Source: Gemmatimonadales bacterium
GTDB lineage: Bacteria > Gemmatimonadota > Gemmatimonadetes > Gemmatimonadales > GWC2-71-9
Direction of reading: 5' to 3'
Assembly (NCBI GenBank): GCA_035278885.1
Contig: DATEIR010000004.1
Span: 5,262 to 69,261 of the forward strand
DNA: 64,000 nucleotides
In this document: one piece after another, positions 61,197-64,000 of the stretch
Layout: every line of letters starts with the position of its first letter
Position numbering within the stretch: the first letter of the stretch is position 1
Notes under the pieces: model-generated
What the model was told of the DNA's origin: nothing
Databases searched by the model: none
What the model saw: only the letters and a program-made list of their open reading frames with translations
Made by a program: the position numbers and the translations under genes

Positions 61197-63560
61197 GTGG
61201 GCATGCTCCTCCCTCTGCTTTTCGCGCTCGCCGGCCCCGAGGAACCCCCGGAGGTCTATCATGGCCGCTCGGGGAACCTCGACGTGCGGCCGCCCAGGAT
61301 CGAAGCGGATGTCACGATCGACGGGGTGCTGAACGAGCCCGAGTGGGCCCGGGCCGCCGTGCTCACCGGCTTCAGCCAGTACTCCCCCAGCGACGGGGTG
61401 GCCGCCTCCGACAGCACCGAGGTGCTGATCTGGTATGCGCCGGGCGCGATCTACTTCGGGATCCGGGCCTACGAGGCGCACGGGGGGGTGCACGCCACCC
61501 TCGCCGACCGTGACCGGATCGGATCGGACGATTACGTCCAGATCCTGCTCGGTACCTTCGGCGACGGCCGCCAGGCGACGGTCTTCGCGGTGAACCCGCT
61601 CGGCGTCCAATCCGACGGCGCGCTGGTGGAGACCGGATCGGTGCGCGGCGGCAACGGCTTCACCAGCGCCGTGGTACAGCGGGAGACCGCCGACCTGAGT
61701 CCGGACTACGTCTACGACTCGAAGGGGCGGGTCACCGATTGGGGCTACGAAGTCGAGGTCCGGATTCCGTTCAAGAGCCTGCGCTATCAGGCGGCCCAGG
61801 AGCAGAGCTGGGTGCTCAATGTGACCCGGCAGGTCCAGCACTCCGGGCACGAGGATTCCTGGGCCCCGGCGCGCCGGGCCAGCGCGTCGTTCCTGGCCCA
61901 GGGCGGCCACCTGGTGGGCCTCACCGATCTGCACCGCGGTCTGGTGCTCGACCTCAATCCTTCGGTCATCAGCCGCACCACCGGCGCGCCGGGCGCCACC
62001 GGCTGGGACTACCAGGGCGGGAGCCCGGAGCTCGGGGCGACGGTTCGCTGGGGGATCAGCAACAACCTCAGCCTGACCGGCACCGCCAATCCGGACTTCA
62101 GTCAGGTCGAATCCGACGCCGGACAGCTGCTCTTCGACCCTCGGGACGAGAGTTTTTTCCAGGAGAAGCGTCCCTTCTTCCTGGACGGCATCGAGCAGTT
62201 CACCACGCCCAACAACCTGATTTACACCCGCCGCGTGGTGCAGCCCTCCGGCGCGGCCAAGCTCACCGGCAAGTACCTGAGCACCGACGTGGCGGTGCTG
62301 TCCGCGGTGGACGACCAGCAGGTCTCCGCCGACGGGCAGGACCACCCCTTCTTCAACATCCTCCGGCTGCAGCGCGACGTCGGCGCCTCGTCGCGGATCG
62401 GGGTGGTGTATACCGACCGGATCGAGGGCGGGGACTACAGCCGCCTCGGCGGTGCCGATGCACGACTGGTTTTCCGGAAGATCTACTCGGTGCAGCTGCA
62501 GCTGGCCGGCAGCAGCACCCGGCTGGGCGGCGAGAGCTTCGGCGGCCCGCTCTGGATGGCCCGGGTGAACGGCAATGGCCGAACCCTCGGCTGGCGCAGC
62601 AGCATCCTGGCGAGCAGCGAGAATTTCCGCGCCCGGAGCGGGTTCTTCCCCCGCCCGGGACTGGTCCACCTGAACTTCGACCCTCGGGTCGCCGCCTATG
62701 GCAAGAGCGGCGCGCTCATGGAGAGCGTCACCTTCGACGTCAACCTGAACGGCCGCTGGCGCTACCGCGATTTCGTGTCGGGCGGCGGCATCATGGACGA
62801 GCAGCTCCACTTCAACCTGAATTCGACGCTCCGCGGAGGGTGGGGCCTCACCACGTCCCTGCTGCTGGAGAGCTTCGGGTACCCCTACGAGATCTACGGC
62901 GGGTACCGGGTCGAGGTGCCTCGTCCGGACGGCGGGGCGGACACCGCGGCGTTCGTGGGGCAGCCGCGGATTCCCAACCGCGACTACGTGCTCTCGGTCA
63001 CGACCCCCGACTTCAAGCAGTTCTCCGCCAACGCCTTCATCCTCTGGGGCAACGACGAGAACTTCTACGAGTGGTCGCCCGGGCGGATCATCATCGCCAA
63101 CGGCGGGCTCAACTGGCGCCCGACCGGCCAGATCCGGGTGGACGGCACCTATGCCCTCCAGGAGGTGCGCCGCCGGAGCGACGGGAGTCTGGTGAATCGG
63201 CAGCACATCCCGCGGGTCAAGCTGGAGTACCAGCTCTCCCGGCCGATCTTCCTCCGGGTAGTCGGCGAGTACCTCCACGAGCAGCAGACCCCGCTTCGCG
63301 ACGATACCCGGACCGAGGGCGCGATCCTGATCTACGATCCGGGCGTGGACGATTTCGTCCGCACCGAGGCCTTCACCCGGTCTTCCTTCCGGGGCGACCT
63401 GCTCTTTTCCTATCAGCCCGTGCCGGGCACCGTGGGCTTCCTGGGTTACGGCAGCACGCTGCAGGACCCGACGGTCGACGACGCGGGCTTCGACCGGAGC
63501 GGGATGCGGCGGGTGAGCGACGGGGTGTTTGTGAAGGTGAGCTATTTGTTTCGGATGTAA
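61197..63560 (+). CDS. CBM9-like plus DUF5916 protein (probable outer-membrane beta-barrel)
   Basis: IDGVLNEPEW, RIPFKSLRY, NPDFSQVESD, EKRPFF, C-terminal VKVSYLFR. Confidence 0.85.
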   Translation: MGMLLPLLFALAGPEEPPEVYHGRSGNLDVRPPRIEADVTIDGVLNEPEWARAAVLTGFSQYSPSDGVAASDSTEVLIWYAPGAIYFGIRAYEAHGGVHATLADRDRIGSDDYVQILLGTFGDGRQATVFAVNPLGVQSDGALVETGSVRGGNGFTSAVVQRETADLSPDYVYDSKGRVTDWGYEVEVRIPFKSLRYQAAQEQSWVLNVTRQVQHSGHEDSWAPARRASASFLAQGGHLVGLTDLHRGLVLDLNPSVISRTTGAPGATGWDYQGGSPELGATVRWGISNNLSLTGTANPDFSQVESDAGQLLFDPRDESFFQEKRPFFLDGIEQFTTPNNLIYTRRVVQPSGAAKLTGKYLSTDVAVLSAVDDQQVSADGQDHPFFNILRLQRDVGASSRIGVVYTDRIEGGDYSRLGGADARLVFRKIYSVQLQLAGSSTRLGGESFGGPLWMARVNGNGRTLGWRSSILASSENFRARSGFFPRPGLVHLNFDPRVAAYGKSGALMESVTFDVNLNGRWRYRDFVSGGGIMDEQLHFNLNSTLRGGWGLTTSLLLESFGYPYEIYGGYRVEVPRPDGGADTAAFVGQPRIPNRDYVLSVTTPDFKQFSANAFILWGNDENFYEWSPGRIIIANGGLNWRPTGQIRVDGTYALQEVRRRSDGSLVNRQHIPRVKLEYQLSRPIFLRVVGEYLHEQQTPLRDDTRTEGAILIYDPGVDDFVRTEAFTRSSFRGDLLFSYQPVPGTVGFLGYGSTLQDPTVDDAGFDRSGMRRVSDGVFVKVSYLFRM

Positions 63561-63651
63561 GGGCGGGGGGGAGAGGGGAAAGGGGAAGGGCGAAGGGAAT
63601 GTGCGGGTGGTCGCGCGTACCTTTCGCCTTTCCCCCTTCCTCCTTTCCCCC
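63561..63651. repeat. purine/pyrimidine tandem-heptamer inverted repeat
   Basis: GGGGAAA GGGGAAG GGCGAAG ... CTTTCGC CTTTCCC CCTTCCT CCTTTCC arms. Confidence 0.55.
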
Positions 63652-63664
63652 CAAACTTCCCCCC

Positions 63665-64000
63665 ATGACCCTCCCCCGCATCCTCGCCCTGTTCGGCCGG
63701 GCTCTGCTGCGCCGCTGTCCCAACTGTGGTGGCGGGCCGATTTTCGACGGCTGGTTTCGGATGCGGGTCCACTGTCCCCGGTGCGGACTCGAGCTGCAGC
63801 GCGGGGAGGAGGGATATCAGGTCGGCGCGTACATGTTCAATATCATCGCCGCCGAGCTGATCTTCGCGGCGCTGTTCGTCGGGGTGCTGGTGGCTACCTG
63901 GCCCGATCCACCCTGGAATTTTCTGCTCTACGGCGGGATGGCGCTGATGATCGTGGTCCCGGTGGTCTTCTATCCCTTTTCCAAGACCATTTTCCTGGCT
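63665..64000 (+). CDS. DUF983 family protein (3' truncated by the window)
   Basis: MTLPRILALFGRALLRRCPNCGGG..HCPRCGL..EEGY plus two TMs; not in the ORF track. Confidence 0.85.
   Translation, partial: MTLPRILALFGRALLRRCPNCGGGPIFDGWFRMRVHCPRCGLELQRGEEGYQVGAYMFNIIAAELIFAALFVGVLVATWPDPPWNFLLYGGMALMIVVPVVFYPFSKTIFLA

Noticed and set aside
59736..63278. 1180-aa minus-strand ORF
   Set aside because: Antisense shadow of the M28 and DUF5916 genes; high GC suppresses stops; no motifs.

Overview
High-GC (by eye about 70% or more), densely coding bacterial chromosome segment with about 60 CDSs. I found no rRNA, tRNA, CRISPR array, phage or transposase. Gene content and protein style suggest Gemmatimonadota; this is an inference, not checked against a database. 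The window is rich in secreted proteins, lipoproteins and peptidases (S8, S12-like, M3/M2-like, M20, M28, M1, HtrA, ClpP). It also carries transporters (2 APC, Nramp-like, Fsr MFS, an orphan NodT/TolC), an IorAB-type molybdoenzyme cluster, a fused trehalose synthase/phosphatase and a two-component pair. Best leads: (1) exported proteins, including two tiny coupled lipoproteins, are strongly enriched in the Bacteroidota-type O-glycosylation sequon D-[S/T]-[A/V/L/I/M/T]; (2) an S8 protease with six Cys-rich repeats ends in a dockerin/EF-hand-like tail and is coupled to a small beta-rich lipoprotein, a candidate cohesin-dockerin-like surface display pair; (3) a TTCGGT-N5-TTCGGT direct repeat fills the promoter spacer of a DNA-repair-type radical SAM gene, a candidate SOS box; (4) a heme c/Vgb-propeller protein sits in an operon with a Tat-exported molybdoenzyme. 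Many starts were moved from the ORF track to more plausible codons, and all family calls come from motif recognition by eye.
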